DNA of 63,989 nucleotides, the filler included, from Porpidia crustulata (lineage: Eukaryota), in NCBI GenBank assembly GCA_964255105.1. It is 4 parts of 4 records of this genome, joined end to end, with 100 filler letters (N's around TTAATTAATTAA, not from the genome) between each part and the next. Parts side by side here need not be neighbours in the genome. Positions count along the whole stretch, not along the records: positions 49,440 to 63,989 come from CAXUWE010000371.1; 3 more parts are not named here. The stretch is one strand, 5' to 3'. A program made the position numbers and the translations under genes. Shown piece by piece: positions 63,079 to 63,989 of this stretch (positions are counted from its first letter, which is position 1; every line of letters starts with the position of its first letter). Below the pieces are notes generated by a model. That model searched no databases. It was not told the DNA's origin and saw nothing but the letters and a program-made list of their open reading frames with translations.

Positions 63079-63989
63079 CATGGCACACCGTACCCGTTGG
63101 TCTATAGGCCCTAATAATAACAAATCCTTGTGTATACCACCACAACCACCTCCATCCCGAGAGTACCTTCGATTCGAGCATCTGCAAAACAGACTACTTC
63201 CTTCACTTAGACCGTGTCGTTAGAAAAAAAAGGCTGCAAACTTATTCCTTATGTGAAACGGCGTTTGACAATATGAAAGGGGGGCTCTCGTTTTTGGTGT
63301 GTTTTTGGGCGCTTCCGCACGCGTGCATACTACTGGCACTACTCGCATCCGGCATCTATTTCTTTACTTTTTCTTGGCTTGCGCGCACTCTTCTGGGTCA
63401 AGGGGCGGGGCCTTGGGCTTTTCCCCATCTTTGAGATCTTTTCCACGGACGCTGCATGGCGACTGGGCTCGATGTGCGGTTTCTTTTCCCATTTCCCTTG
63501 GTCCGGTTTCGAGTGGTTGGGTGGGAGAAGTGGCTGTCACGCCTGAGGTGGAGAAGAAGAAGAAGATGAGATGAGAGATGAGAGATTTAAGGGGTTTGGT
63601 GAGTGGCGAACGCCGAGAGAGAGGGAGAGGCAGTAGAGAAAGACGAAGATTTTTCAATTTGCGGCGAGGATTTTTTTTTAATCAAGGCTACTCTGTATGC
63701 GGTAGCCGTTTTAGTATGTAAAAATACCCGTGTCGAGAAATGCGAACTGGCTGTTTCAGAAACGTTCTGTACACCTACCTTTGGATGCTCGTGAGTGAGT
63801 GGTTGAGAGGGTCTGGTCGGGGCAGAGCTTAAGATTTCTTCGTGCAAGCGCTTCCATTGTGTCGTGTAACTCCCGTTCTTCTCTCTTTCCCCCCTTCCTC
63901 TTTTCCAACCCCCCCTATCCTCCCTCATCCTTCCTTCCAAACCCAAGCATCCTCCAACATCTCAAACCATCCCCCTTCCCCCCCTCCTC

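Overview
Gene-dense draft genomic region of a filamentous ascomycete (Pezizomycotina; short GT-AG introns with CTRAY branch points; possibly a lichen-forming fungus, which is inference only). Three 100-nt scaffold gaps carry an artificial TTAATTAATTAA linker. Most genes are conserved housekeeping or developmental genes: MRPL17, CEM1, a Sec7-PH Arf GEF, ECM14, an Nrd1/Mrn1-type RRM protein, PRM1, a Stc1-domain protein, IME2, ureG (partial), SPA2, an ERCC6L2-like SNF2 helicase, RRP41, RPL7 with an intronic box C/D snoRNA, and eIF4G. Accessory genes include a small secreted protein, a CE5 esterase, a DOMON-b561 protein, an NmrA-like reductase and a flavin monooxygenase. The most striking element lies between CEM1 and the Sec7 gene: a 274-bp foldback/MITE followed by a three-exon gene (3677-4340, not fully visible in the ORF track) encoding a heptad-repeat stalk plus a Mug135/DUF1773-like C-terminal domain, the architecture of the fission-yeast killer meiotic driver Tdk1. 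All family assignments are by eye; no searches were run.
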